From: Schmidtea nova | Taxonomy: Eukaryota | Reading direction: 5' to 3' | Assembly: GCA_044892505.1 (NCBI GenBank) | Contig: CM097884.1 | Coordinates: forward strand, 49,848,001 to 49,912,000 | Length of the DNA: 64,000 bases | Shown: piece after piece, positions 25,380 to 38,739 of the stretch | Numbering within the stretch: position 1 is the first letter of the stretch | Layout of the letters: every line of letters begins with the position of its first letter | Translations under genes and position numbers: made by a program | The notes under the pieces: model-generated | Told to the model about the DNA's origin: nothing | Seen by the model: only the letters and a program-made list of their open reading frames with translations | The model's database searches: none

Positions 25380-28300
25380 TGGCCTGCCGAACTTTGATTT
25401 GAACTTCGATTCGGACCAAAGTTCAAACACTTCGGAAACTTCGGACTTCGGCAATAGACCCTGTACGATCCAAATAGTGAAATTTTGCTTGAGCGATAAT
25501 AAATTATTATTGTTCCGTGATTATATACATTAAAATTAATGGCGACACGCAAACAATGAAAGTAAATAAAATCTTAGTTGTTGTTGTTCATTTTTCTTTA
25601 CTATCGATTTTCCTTTCTACGGCTATGTCATACGAACAGTGACAAGTCTAGCCTAGCCGTGGCTGTGTCGCTGTGTACACAATAGCCGTTCATGTTCATG
25701 CATCTCTATTCTCTACACTATAGCAGCCCTATACATCAATCTCCGACTACCCTTAGCATAATCTCGATTGATTCGAGCCACGATAATGGGGGGGCAGGCG
25801 CTTGAATAAGCATGGCTTGCGAGGCTGAGGCTACTGTAATACCACAATCAATTACCGATCGCAATCTAATAGGCCTAATAATAATTTTACTCTGTCCGAA
25901 ATTTGTTGCTTGGGCACTATTAGACTTGACTACTGTCAAGAGAGAAATACCACATAATCTACACATTTAAATTAATGTTGAGCACATTTAAATTTATTAT
26001 GTCATCTATCGTCTCTGTATGTCGACTCTCCAATCTTATTGCATGCCTGATGGAAGCAGCACAAGATGCCACGCGCGTGTATGCAGTTCAACTGAGTGCA
26101 TATGTCAATGTCATGCACGATGATGTTCGTATACCGTACCTATCGACTTTATCGACAATAATACTTATTATAAAATTATATATAAATAATTGTGTCATTT
26201 TTCTGTCATAAAATTGTGTGTCATAAATGAATGATTTATTCATTAGGTAAAATATTAGACTGAGCAGAACTGCCAGTTGAGCATCCGATTCACTTTCCAC
26301 ATCATCACATGCGAAAATCTCCATAGCTCCATACCCCTCCCCAGTGTACATAATATATATAAAAGCCCATCAAATTTGAAATCGAAATTTTTAAATATAT
26401 TTCTTCAACAAAATTAATAAATTAGATTTAAATATTAAAAAATTAAATTAAATAAATATGGCTAATGCTATGAGAAGTAAAATTTGGAATTTCTTTGAAA
26501 TCAACGCTGTGGATGAATCTTTTGCTAACTGTGGGACATGTAGAATGAAAATGAAACGTGGCGGCAAGGATCCAAGATCATACGGAACAACAACATTAAT
26601 CAACCACCTACGTTCTAAACATCCGGACAAGTACAAAGAATATTCACAGGCGTGTGATTCTGCAAAGAAACGACAAGCTGAAGAGGAAGAAAATCAACTC
26701 AATGCCGCAGCTAAGAAGCCAAAGCTACAAACTCTGGATGCATGTATTGAACGTACACGTCCATTTGAATCGGGCCATCCTCGTCAGATCCTCATAACGA
26801 AACTAATTGGTGAGATGATAGCCTTGGATAGTCAGCCATTTTCGATTGTCAGTGACGAAGGATTCCGACGTGTTCTGCATCAATTGGAGCCCAGATACGT
26901 CATTCCAGACGAGACTTATTTCTCAAGAACAATCATACCGGACATGTTTGCTGCAGTGAAGTCGAAAGTCAAGAATCTCATCGGAGATGCCAAACGTCTG
27001 TGCTTCACGAGTGATGTGTGGACAACCACCAACAGCCTAAATGGATTCCTCTCTTTGACAGCACACTGGATCGACAACAATTGGGAACGCAAATTTGTGG
27101 TGCTGGCACTTCGAGGAATCAATGGACATCACACCGGTAAGCTGATTGGAGATACCATATTGGAATTGTTGAATGAATGGGACATTGATGCAGGCAGACG
27201 TGGAACCTTCGTTCGCGATAACGGGTCAAGCATGGTGAAGGCCGCTAGTGTTGCAGGCTTATCAGATCTAGGCTGCTACATACACACGATTCAGTTAGTG
27301 GTGGGTGCAGGATTAAAGAAGACGCAAAAGGCTGTCATTGACGCAGTTGCAGCTTCCCGCAACATTGTAACCCACTTCCGGCATTTACCATTAGCCAATG
27401 ATCGACTGGAAGAGATTCAAAAATCTTTTCAGCCGGATGCTGCCGGCAACCCATATCCCGTCCACCGCCTGATACAAGATGTACAGACAAGGTGGAACTC
27501 CACGTTTTATATGTTGGAACGTTTGATCGAACAGAGAAAAGCAATAGCTCTCTACAGCCAAGACGACGTCACCAATCTGACAAACAATCAGTGGAACTTA
27601 ATCGAAAGGGTCGTGTCGACATTGCGTCCATTTGAAGAGGAAACGCGGAATGCTAGTTTGTCAACTGCAACAAGAGGAATGATTATTCCAAGTGTGCGTG
27701 TACTTCAGGCAGTTTTGACGAGACCAGCAAAGGAGGGTGTCGACCCTCAGGGTGACGACCTCGGCATTCAAACAATGCGTGCTGAAATGCTTGCGGATCT
27801 CAGCCGCAGGTATGCTAACGTTGAAAATAATAAGTTGTGCGTGTTATCTACTGCTTTGGATCCAGTGTACAAGCTTCGTCTCTTTAACGCGGAAACTGCT
27901 GCCACTGCAAAACAATGGCTTCTGGATGCAATTAATGCTGTAACGTCGACGGACAACTCGCGTGATGAAGTGCCAGCAGGCCCAACACCTTTCACATCAT
28001 CTTCATCAGCCACATCTGCTTTGGATAGCTACTACGACGACATGCTTGGAGCTACACAATCCAACTCTACAGATTCCGGTAATCTCCAACAACAGCTCGA
28101 TGCATATTTAACGGAAGCGTGCAACCAACGACACTCGCCTCCAAAAGATCCAATAGAATATTGGAAATCAAGGCAATACACCTATCCTCAACTTGCACTG
28201 GTCGCCAAACAATTCTGTGCTTCTCCTCCTTCCAGCATGGATAGTGAAAGAACCTTCAGTTGGCTGGTCTTATATGCGATGACCGTCGATCAAACTTAAC

Positions 28301-28877
28301 ACCAGCCAAAACTGAGATGCTTCTATTTTTAATGAAAAATCTCGATGTGGTCCGTTTTGACTACTAATAAACTAATGAATTCTATTAACTCATCGGACAA
28401 GATGTATATATTTATATAAACACTTGTATTTTTTTATTTTTTCGTTTCACGTTACTTTGCTTGTTGCGAACAGATCTATGTTATATAATTTACATCCATG
28501 TTTCAAAAGACAACAAAATGAACACTTCTCAATATCTTGTATTATCACCCATTGTATAATTTTTTCAGTTTTATTGATATGATTCATTTTATTAATTATT
28601 AATAAAAATAATATCAAAATTATCAATAATGTTACATTTTTTAAATAACTGTTGATAATAAAAGGTAGTTATTACAATTTATTATAATTTTGGTTAGCGT
28701 TGATTCCTTTCTTGGTATAATATGCGTCTTGAATCGCCGTAGGTCATTGCAGTAGGTACAGGTCCTTAAATTATTTTCGCGCACCAGACATTTGATTCGA
28801 CTTCGGCTTCGGCCAAATAGTAATTTAAAAATTTGAACTTCGGACTTCGGCAAAAAAGTCACTTCGGCAGGCCATTA
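25377..28877 (+). mobile_element. Full-length hAT (Ac/ZBED4-like) DNA transposon, 3501 bp
   Basis: TIRs TAGTGGCCTGCCGAA / TTCGGCAGGCCATTA. Flanked by ATATATAT on both sides, inside a TA run. Multiple ACTTCGG subterminal repeats at both ends. Confidence 0.95.
26458..28367 (+). CDS. hAT transposase with BED zinc finger; 1-nt frameshift near 28261 in the C-terminal dimerisation domain
   Basis: SKIWNFF...CGTC...NHLRSKH (BED), FTSDVWT, VRDNGS, CYIH, TRWNST..MLERL, SERTFS. The shifted frame continues AGLICDDRRSNLTPAKTEMLLFLMKN to TAA at 28365-28367. Confidence 0.93.
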
Positions 28878-29289
28878 ATATATATATATATAAATGTTTA
28901 AAAATTCTGTCAAGAAAAATTACATATTTATTTGATTCTCCTATATTTGTAATTATTTAACCGTAGAGATCCTCATCGTACAGAAATATTAAACATCTTT
29001 TATTTTGCAATATATTTTTATAATTATTTACTATCTTTATATTGTTATCGTTTAATTTCACTATGGCTTAGTGTTGCATAAGATTCTGTAGTTTATTTAT
29101 TTGTTTAGGTGAAAGCTACGGTCCTTGAGAAATTGTACTTGCTGTATATTCTGAAAATGATGACTACATACATAACCTAGATATTAAGATAAACGAACCT
29201 AATGTCTAGCGCAGCGATTGCAAATATATGACTCACGGGAGAAGTAGGATGTGAGCTCATCAGATATAGGTAAAGAAAATTTAGAAAAA

Positions 29290-29530
29290 TTATTATGAAG
29301 GTCAATTTAAGGACGCTTTAAGGTCAAAATTATGGTTTAAAGACACTTTAAGGACAAAAAAGTAGGTCGATTTCAGGTCACAATGAAGACTAATTAAGTA
29401 GGTCAAATATTTTTAAGGCGAATTTAAGATTAAATTAAGTAGGTTAAATATAATTTTCAAAATTTTTCTATGTCAGAATTAAGTAGGTTGATTTCAGGTC
29501 ACGATGAGGACAAATTAAATAGGTCAAATA
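29290..29530. repeat. Degenerate tandem repeat
   Basis: AATTAAGTAGGT(C/T)AAATAT and GTAGGTYGATTTCAGGTCACRATGARGAC recur several times. Confidence 0.65.
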
Positions 29531-29814
29531 TAATTGTAAGAATATTCAAAGATTTTAATGCAAATTTAAAAATATTACCATAATCTTTTAAAATAGTATC
29601 TTGATGACTAAAATTATTTATGTGATCTCTATTTGTTGGTCGATCATTTATTTCATCACTCATAAATATTTTATTTACAGTCTTTTTCATATTAGAATTA
29701 AAAGATGACGTTAAATTAATATTAGATGGCTTATCTTTATTCGTCTTATTCTCCAAGTATGGTCTATGTAATTTAGTTGAACATGTTTCTTTACTTTTTG
29801 ATATATTATTAATA

Positions 29815-30437
29815 TTAGGTCATTAAGTATGAAATGTCGGATTTTCAAAATCCAAAGTTTGACATTTGATATTTTACATAATTTAGCTCGAAATTTACTT
29901 GTTTTTGTTTTATTGCGTAAATAGGTAATTACTTTTTATAGCGCATATTTAAATATCTGATTATATTATAAATTGGCATTCGTAGAGCAACTTTTCTAAA
30001 CAATGGATATTTCAAAAATTCATGTCATTTTTGAATACGAGTTCCGTCGTGGGTCTAATGCAAGGCAAACGGTACGAAATATGAGTGATGTGTTTAGGAG
30101 CAAGGTCGTCAATGAACGAATGGTGCAAAGATGGTTTCAGAAGTTCCGCGCAGGAGATTTCTGTCTTCAAAATATGCCACGTGAGAAACCTGAGACGAAG
30201 GTGAATCAAGCTGACCTGAAATCTGTAGTGGAGAAGGATCCATCTCAAGTACTCAGGAGTTAGCGTTGACATTCAATGTCTCCATCCCTAAAAGAATTGA
30301 CCATTTGAATAAAATTAACAAGGTTAAAAAGCTTGACCGATGGGTACCTCACGAATTATGCGAATATCAGAAAACAAATCGTCTTCAAGCTTGTCTTTCT
30401 TTGTTGTTACGACAGAAAGCCGAACCATTTCTTAATA
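29815..30437 (+). mobile_element. 5' half of a mariner (Tc1/mariner) element
   Basis: TA followed by the TTAGGTCATTAAGTATGAAATGTC-type left end. Transposase N-terminus MDISKIHVIFEYEFRRG...VQRWFQKFRAGDF and KKLDRWVPHEL. It breaks off just before the DE catalytic motif. Confidence 0.85.
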
Positions 30438-31735
30438 ATAAAGTCAATTATTTCATTGACAATGGAATATTTTAAGGTTGGCAAATGCTCATTTATCAAA
30501 CTTGCACGTTGTTTTATATTAAGTTTAACAGCTTGTTTTTCAACATTGCCAATGTCATGCAAATTAATGTTTTCCAAAGACAAGTCTAAAGCAGTGTTTC
30601 ATAAAAGCGCAGATAAAAATTTTACTAACGAGACCAGAGCTTCTAACATCATGGAAACAGTTACCAGTTTTTTAACCAAGACCGGGAGATTCGCTTATTT
30701 CATTGATTTTGGAAAGTAAATTATTTGATGTCCATAAATAAAGATTATCATTTAGATTAGTTGTAGGATTAAATAAATAATGTTCATAATGCTGTAATCG
30801 ATAACGAATAGAATTTGTTGAGCTTTTGGTGATACGACAATTGAAAATACAATTTGCGCTTTATTAAGACGATTAGTATTTAAAAAGTCATTCAAATATT
30901 GAGTGCAATCATCTAAAATTGATGTACACATTGTTTTATTTAGAAAAAAAATTTCAGATAAATTTAAATTATTAAAATAATTTGTTAAAATATCACCCGT
31001 AATTTTAAAATCCAAAAAGTTCAAATTAATTGAGACTTCACCAAGTATTTTAGAGTGAATAGTATCAAGCTTCTCAATTACTTTATCCCGATTGCAAATT
31101 ATTCTAGAAATAAACCTTTCTAAAAATAAAATGAAACTAGTGGCATGTTCTAAGGGATCGTCAGAAAACATGGATGTACGAAAAAGAATATGATGACATT
31201 GCTTAAATTCAATTGATTTTTCTAGGAAAAATTTATTTAAATACTCTGGCATAGTTTCTCAACAGCTTTCAGTTATTGTCATAGAATGAACATAAAAATG
31301 TAATTGCAACCAAGATTTATTGAGTAAAGAAAAAGACAACAATAATTATCATAAGGAATAATACTGATAATTATGCTAATATCCTTAAATTGTTTAAAAG
31401 TAACATTTTCAATTATGTAAACATTATTTTGATTGATCAAGTTAATTGTTAGTTCAGGAGAAATTACAAAGACACTGGGATCATTTTGAAACCACTTATT
31501 TAAAAGTGTATAAACACAAGCTTTCTCATTTGTGAGTTTGATTGGTTTAAAAACACTTGTTAGAATGAATATTCTTTTTATGAACTATTGCTTTTCTAAA
31601 ATTAATTTTATTAAGAAAATGGTCGTTATGTAAACCACCAGCCGATAATTTGGAACTGTGAATCGATTTAGCTGTTAATGAAAATTAATGAATCTATTTC
31701 CTTTTATTAAAGATAAAATCATCATGTAAACATTC

Positions 31736-32247
31736 TCATTTATCGGTAACAATCAGTGCGTAGGCGCAAAAAAAAGCCCACAATCAAAATCATTATTTTG
31801 ATATTTCAGATTTGTAATAGGATTGTCAACTATTCGGTTGTGGAGTTGAAATTTATTATTTAATGCCGAATTAATCTTCTAAGCGCCAATTTTGATGTCT
31901 AGTCTATTCATATTTTTAAAGATGGGGTCAATAAAATAAGAGGTTAAAGTATTCTTACAATAAACAAACAAGACCCAGTGGCAGTTGCTTATATTGAGAG
32001 GACACAAGATTACCCTGGTCTCAAAAATTGCTTTAGGCATAGGAAATATATCAACAATCATATTTGAGCATAAAATACTCACAATAAAACATTTAATAAA
32101 AGCGAAACTAGGGTTATTGATGTGACTTTCAAAAATATAGTCAATGTCATCATCAATGAACCAACATTTTAAATCATTAATATCTAGAGTGCATTCTACA
32201 TCAGTATCGTCGGACAATGCAATACATGTTGAGGCTGATGCAGGCAC
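31736..32247 (-). pseudogene. Ulp1/SENP-like (C48) cysteine protease domain inside a larger decayed coding block (about 30480-33540)
   Basis: WFIDDDI...ILCPLNISNCHWVLFV...YFIDP, then one in-frame TAG near 31879, then QNNDFDCGLFFCAYA. The His-Asp-Cys triad and the oxyanion Gln are present. Confidence 0.8.
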
Positions 32248-33544
32248 ATCCTTTCATTTGGACGCTGTTTTTGATAATTTAAGGTCTTTTCTAGCAGTCA
32301 TCTTTCCACTGTCTGTACTTTTAATTGGTACACAAGATGTATATTCCGTATCATTATCAGTTTCTAAAAGAGCCGGTTTCATGATACCTGTATTATTTGA
32401 ATCTACGACATTGGAGCTAACGCTAACATCTTTACAAGTGTCTTTAGAAATTTCAATAACATCAACAGATTCACAACCAGTCAGAAGATTTTCAAGAGAG
32501 TCAACAATATCAAAGATAACCGAAGTCATTTCAGTATTACAAATTTTACGACATTTAATTGAAACCTGAAAATCATCTATGTTCTTATTCCAAAATCTTT
32601 TCTTGTCTTTTTTTATAAAGTATATCAGTCGTTTAGCCTTGATAATTTTAATGTCATCACACTCAGAACGGAATTCTTTGATGTGTGAAAAGACGGAGTC
32701 TATTGCATTCAATTGATCAATTTTTAGCAAATTATTAATTTCTTTTAAAAATTAATAATTTTTTTAATTGTATCTTGTGAAATTATATTTTTAAATTTAT
32801 CAATCTCGCATCCATCGTTTGAATTTTATTAGTTTTTCCTGACAACTAATTCTAAACTATGAAGTCGAAGGTATTTTATCAACAAATTCAGAGCCCTACA
32901 ATTCAAGAGTCAAAAGTCAAGGAATCACATTTAACACAGTCTATAACCAAATGAATAAATAAGGAATTACGGAAATAATTGAAAACATAATTATCGTAAT
33001 TTATATTGCTTGAATATATAATATCACCCTTTAAGTTTAAATAATTAAGATTGTAAATTAATTCCACAATCTAAATGGAAGATGCAGGTAATGATAAAAG
33101 TTGATCTAAATGCTTATCAGTTCTAGACATTTCAAGCAAATCAAATAACCAAATATTAAACATGGCTAGAATCAGCTTCTTTCATTGCTGATTTACAATC
33201 AACAGTAAATTTAACACCTACAAAGGAAATGTCTTTTGGAAAATCTTTAATTTTAAACAAATAATTAAATTATCAGGATTCTTTGAAATATTTTCAATAA
33301 AAACCATTTCTTTTAGTTCAGGGTAATCGAGATAGATTTTATTCAAAACCAGCCTTATTACAACTATCAGAAGTGGAAAAGTCCGTCATTATAAAGTCAC
33401 CGTCGACATACCTTATTTCAGATTTAACTAGAAATATTGTTTTTGTAATTTTAATATATCTAAGGCTTTATTAATAACGCTTCCCTTCTGGATTTCATTT
33501 TTAATAGACACGGTTTCTGTCAATTTGCTTGAGAGAGTAAATAA

Positions 33545-36500
33545 AAATTAATCCAATTGTTTAAATATTGTAAAGAATAATAAATATTTGAATTTCGAAT
33601 CTTTAGTTAATTTTAAAATGGATACTATTAATACTCGTTCCATACAATCTAACATGGCGACCACGCTACTGGCTAATTTTGTGAAACCTCCAGATACTTT
33701 TGACATTGGAGATGATATTCTGAAATTCATTGAAGAGATCGAGAGATTTTTCCAATTATTGAATATTGAAGAACGATTTTATGAAAACTTTGTCAAAGCG
33801 TTTATGACAATAAATGCACTCAAGAAATATGAAGAAACTGACAATATGAAGAACTTCAAAGAAAGACTCAAATTAGCTTTTCTGAAACCTCAGTCAATTA
33901 TCGAAGACTTACAGGAAGCTCTACAATATAAACAAGGAGAAGATTCAGTCATGGAATTTTGCCAGAAAATTGAAAAATATGCTGATAAAATTTTGAAGCA
34001 TAAATTGGATAAAGAAACTTTAACACAGTTCCTATTATTTAATGCCCTTCAAAATAAAGAAGTTAAGATGGATTTAAAGATGCAGGAGTTAAATACATTC
34101 GAAGACATGAAAAACAGAATGATGAAGCACGAGAAAATTGTTAAAGAAATCGATGAAAATGTGAAAAACTTTGCAGTTATCAACAAGAAACTTTATTCTG
34201 ATACGGTTCGAGGCCAAAGTGAAGTAAGATGGGCTAAAATTTCTATTCAGGAAGATGTCAACAATTATAGAAAGAAGAATACAACAATCGAAAACATGAA
34301 TGTTTCAGTGGGAATAAAATTTCAAATAACTACAAAAACAAAGCCAATTATTATCACAACAAAGATAACACAAGTAAATACTTTAATCAAAATAATGATT
34401 ACAGAAACAAAATTCGATTTGAGAATAATCATAACGAGAAAAGGTTTTTCGATGCTGGGCGTGTACAGAAATCGGACATCGTAGAGCTGAATGCCCAAAT
34501 GTGAGATGTTCTAAATGCCACAAGCAAGGACATTTTCGACATCAATGCCGGGATTTGCGACAAGATGGCAAATATCAGTACGCAAAATCAATTGCTGGAA
34601 TGGACGAGGAGATACCAAATGAGGATGAGCAGTACCCAAATGCCAAAGCTTTTGCACTAGAGGAGGTGACAGGAGCGTATCACTAAACGTAAGCAATATT
34701 GTGAGCAAGAATTGTTTGTCTGTATATGAATGTGACTGTATGTATGATGATTATTTTTCCAATAATTTTTTAAATAATAATTTTTTAAATAATTTATTTA
34801 AATTAAATGACTGTAAAGAGTCTAATAAAAATTCACCTAATGAATATTTAAGTTTAATTAATAATTACGATGATTATCCAGTAAATGATGCCGATAAATG
34901 TATTAGTTTGATTAATGATAGAATATGTACGATAAATGAAAATTATTCAATAATAAAATATGATTCATTGGGGGGGTAGACCTAGCATTGAAGTTAATAT
35001 TTCTAATAATAATTACAAAATTTTACTCGATACGGGAGCAAAAATAAGTGTAATTCAACGAGATTTATTAGAAAAGTGTCATTTATCAGAATTAAAACAG
35101 AGCAGTATAAAAGTTAAGTGTGCGAATGATAGTCCACTAAGAATAGTAGGTGCAGTTACACTTAATATCAAAATAAAAGGAATTATTCAAAGCAAAAATA
35201 TTGCTTTTTATGTTGCGGCAGAAATTTCTCCTAAACTAATTGGTGGAATGAATTTTTTAGAAGAATTTGGGATTAAATTAGAAATATATAATAAGAATAT
35301 AGAGAGTTCAAAGGACAAATATATAAATTTAATGGATAAAGTATTGAAATTTGAATGCAGTGATAAAAACATAACCGATTTAGTTAGAAAATACGATAAA
35401 ATATTTATGAAACATAAATGGGATATAGTGAAAACTGATATTATAAGACATGAAATTATTACCTCGGGGAAACCAATAGTTATTAATCCAAGGCGACAAC
35501 CAGCCCATTTGATAGAGAAAATAGATGATCAAATTAAAGAGTTAGTAAAATATGGAATAGTTAAGGAATGTGATACACCGTGGAACACTCCACTTGTTTG
35601 TGTGAAAAAGAGAGGTGCTGATGAAATCAGGATATGTTTAGATTTTCGTGGACTTAACAGTGTAGCTGAGAGGCCGAATTTCCCAATGCCAAATACAAAT
35701 GAATTATTTGATGTCTTAAATGAGTCAAAGTTTTTCTCCACTATTGATTTAGGAAATGCATACTATCAAGTAGAATTAGAGGAAGATTCCAAACTGAAAA
35801 CAGCTTTTTCAACCAAATCTAAACAGTATTGTTTTAATAGAATGCCATTTGGAATTGCAGCAGCCCCAGGAACATTTCAAAAATTAATGAATAAAGTATT
35901 GGGAGAACTTAATTTGGTAGATGCTGTTGTATATCTAGATGATATACTAATTTTTTCAAAAACGTTAGTGGAACATTAAAAATCTATAGAAAAAATTTTT
36001 AAGAAAATAGAAGGAGCAGGTTTAAAGATAAATTCATCAAAATGTCAGTTTTTAAAAAATGAAGTTAGGTTTATAGGACATATAATTAATAAAGATGGTA
36101 TTAAAACTGATCCGGAAAAAGTACAAGCAATAAAAGAATTTGATTAGCCAAAATGTATTAAAAAATTACGAAGTTTTTTAGGGCTAGCAAATTACTACCG
36201 AAAATTTATTCAAGACTACTCAAAACATGCCAAGATATTAGAGAGCTTGTGTGGAAGTAATAAAAATAAATTGATATGGACTCAAGAATGTGAGAACAAT
36301 TTTCAGCAGTTAAAGAATAAATTATGTTCAGCACCAGTTTTAGTATATCCAGATTTCAATAAAACGTTTATATTAGATACAGACGCTAGTTTTGATCGAA
36401 TTGGGGCGGTTCTCTCACAAATTCACGATGATGGCAATGAGAGAGTTATCTCTTATGGATCGCATTCTATGAGTAAACATGAACTTGGATATTGCATTAC

Positions 36501-38167
36501 ACGTAAAGAATTGTTAGCAATTTATTATTTTACCAACCACTTTAAACATTATCTATATGGAAAAAGATTTAAATTGAGAACAGATCATAAGGCAATAACG
36601 TTTATGTTAAGAACTAAAAAACCTTTAACACTTCAATTTCAGACATGGATCAACTACCTGAGCGGCTTAGACATTGATATGCAATTTAGAAAAGGTGAAA
36701 GTCATTCTAACGCCGATGCTATGTCAAGAAGTGAATGCACGTCATGCATACAATGCCAAATGATTCACCCAGATCCAAAAGTAAGAAAACTGAAAACCAA
36801 AATTTTGGCTTTGATGACAAATGATAGTGAAAACATTTGGCAAAATAATGTAAAAGAAATTAAAGATATTATCGAAAATAAAGATAAAAAGGAAATAGGT
36901 AAATTTATAGTTCAAAATGGAATAGTAAAAACAGAAACCAATAAAGTATGGATACCTGAAGTGAAAAGAGAAGATTTTATTAAAAATTATCATAAAAAAC
37001 TATGCCATGCTGGGTTTAAAAAAGTTGAAAAATATATTCAAAATAACTTTGCAATGAAAGACATGAACAAAATAATAAAAGAAGTAGTACAAAGTTGTGA
37101 AAACTGTCAAAAAAGGAAAGTGCTGACTACTAAAAGTAAAGAAACAATAAAAGTTCCTCGTGAGGTAGAATTATTTGAATCAATATTTGTTGATTTCTGT
37201 GGACTATTTAAAGCTAATATTAACAATAAAAAAAACATACCAGCTATTATTGATCAGCATAGCAAATATGTATCATTGAATGCAGTGAGTGCCCAAGATG
37301 AAAAAACTACTGCAATGATTCTAAAGAACCAATGGATATTAAAATTTGGATATCGATATTTAAAAGTTTTGAAAGCGCTATGTTGAAAGAACTTTGTACA
37401 TTGCATAACTGTCAACTGGTATTTTCAAGCCCTTATCATCACTCAGCTAACGGACAAATAGAAAGGCAATTTCATACAATTAGGGATGCAATTAATATTT
37501 CACTTAAAGATAAATTTCATAAAAACTGGGTTGAATTGCTTCCAGAAGTTGAATTTATGCTGAACTCAACATTCCAAAAATCAATTAATGAATTTCCTGC
37601 GCAAATTGTTTTTGGGAAAAATATATATCACGAATGGGTGGATCAACAAAATCAAGTTGGATTAGATCAAGTGTGTTCAAAAGAGAATACATATAGAAAT
37701 TTTGCAAATGGTGATATTGTGCTAATTAGAAAAGATTTGCGTAATAAAGAAGATAATCGATATGAAGGCTCAGGAGTAATAACCAATAAACGACATGGAA
37801 GGAGTTATGAAATAAGAATGCCAAATGTTAAAACACTAACAAGAAATGTAGAATGGCTCAAGCCTTTTAAAAGGAGGGGAATGTAAGGAATAAGTTAAAT
37901 AAAGCCTAACTTAATTAATCAACTAATTTAAATATTGTATATTAATTAATTTATAATTTAATAAGTATGGTGTATAAATAATAATTGTAAATATTATATT
38001 AATAATTTAAATAATGATTGTAGAATGATGTTGTCTTGCTCAGAATATTGTGGACGTAAATTAATCCGCTTGTTTAAATATTGTAAATAATAATAAATAT
38101 TTGAATTTCGAATCTTTAGTTAATTTTAAAATGGATACTATTAATACTCGTTCCATACAATCTAACA
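33545..38167 (+). mobile_element. Ty3/Gypsy LTR retrotransposon, near full length but inactivated; 5' LTR truncated
   Basis: 3' LTR 37882-38167 (TG...CA, 286 bp). Its last ~110 bp recur at 33545-33654. PBS TGGCGACCACG from 33655, PPT AAAGGAGGGGAA at 37870-37881. gag has two CX2CX4HX4C knuckles. LLDTGAKIS, YLDD, RNase H (TDAS, ELLA) and integrase HHCC are present. Several premature stops and frameshifts. Confidence 0.96.
34635..34680 (+). promoter_or_regulatory. Candidate -1 programmed ribosomal frameshift site (gag to pol)
   Basis: C CCA AAT heptamer in correct phase with the gag frame, followed after about 6 nt by a possible stem (GCTTTTGCAC...GTGACAGGAGC). The -1 frame is open into the pre-protease ORF. 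Confidence 0.6.
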
Positions 38168-38739
38168 ATATGGGTGAAAGATATTTCATTACTTAATAGT
38201 TTTATACCGTGGTTTTCTCGGTATATCAAATAATAATATATAATAATAATTTTTGCATTAATTCGTTTTGATTATGACTTTTCTTTGTTTAGGAACATAT
38301 CAGTTCCTTACTCAATCCCGTGCAACAATAGAGTTCCTATCGTCAATTCTGGCGACAAAAACTTTTATAGACTTTTCTGGCAAATTTATCAACATTAAAT
38401 CAATAAATATTTCTCAGTATGTTTTTTAAAAATTAATTTGTTGTTTTCAATTATCATGAAATTTTAAATAGAAAATGATGGTTAATAAGTTGAAAGAGTT
38501 TAGAGATTGCGAATTTATTCATTATAAGCATTGTCAAAATTATAGAGATTGAAAAAATCAGGGTGTCAATGTAATCATAAAATGAGTCATAGTAATAAAC
38601 TTGATAGAATAAGTCACAAATTTGTGTTTATTAGACAGAAAAAATAATTTTCATAAATATTGATGGAGGTCTTTTTTATATAAATATTTATATATTTCCA
38701 TTTATATTAATATATATTTTTGAAATGCTTAGTTGTAAC

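Noticed and set aside
26916-28013. Short antisense or alternate-frame ORFs over the hAT, AHCY and Gypsy coding regions
   Set aside because: These are shadow ORFs of real coding sequence with no independent motifs.
33000-33250. MULE CxxH motif (TCIFHL) upstream of the Ulp1 domain
   Set aside because: It lies in a frame full of stops and cannot be joined to the candidate Asp motif.
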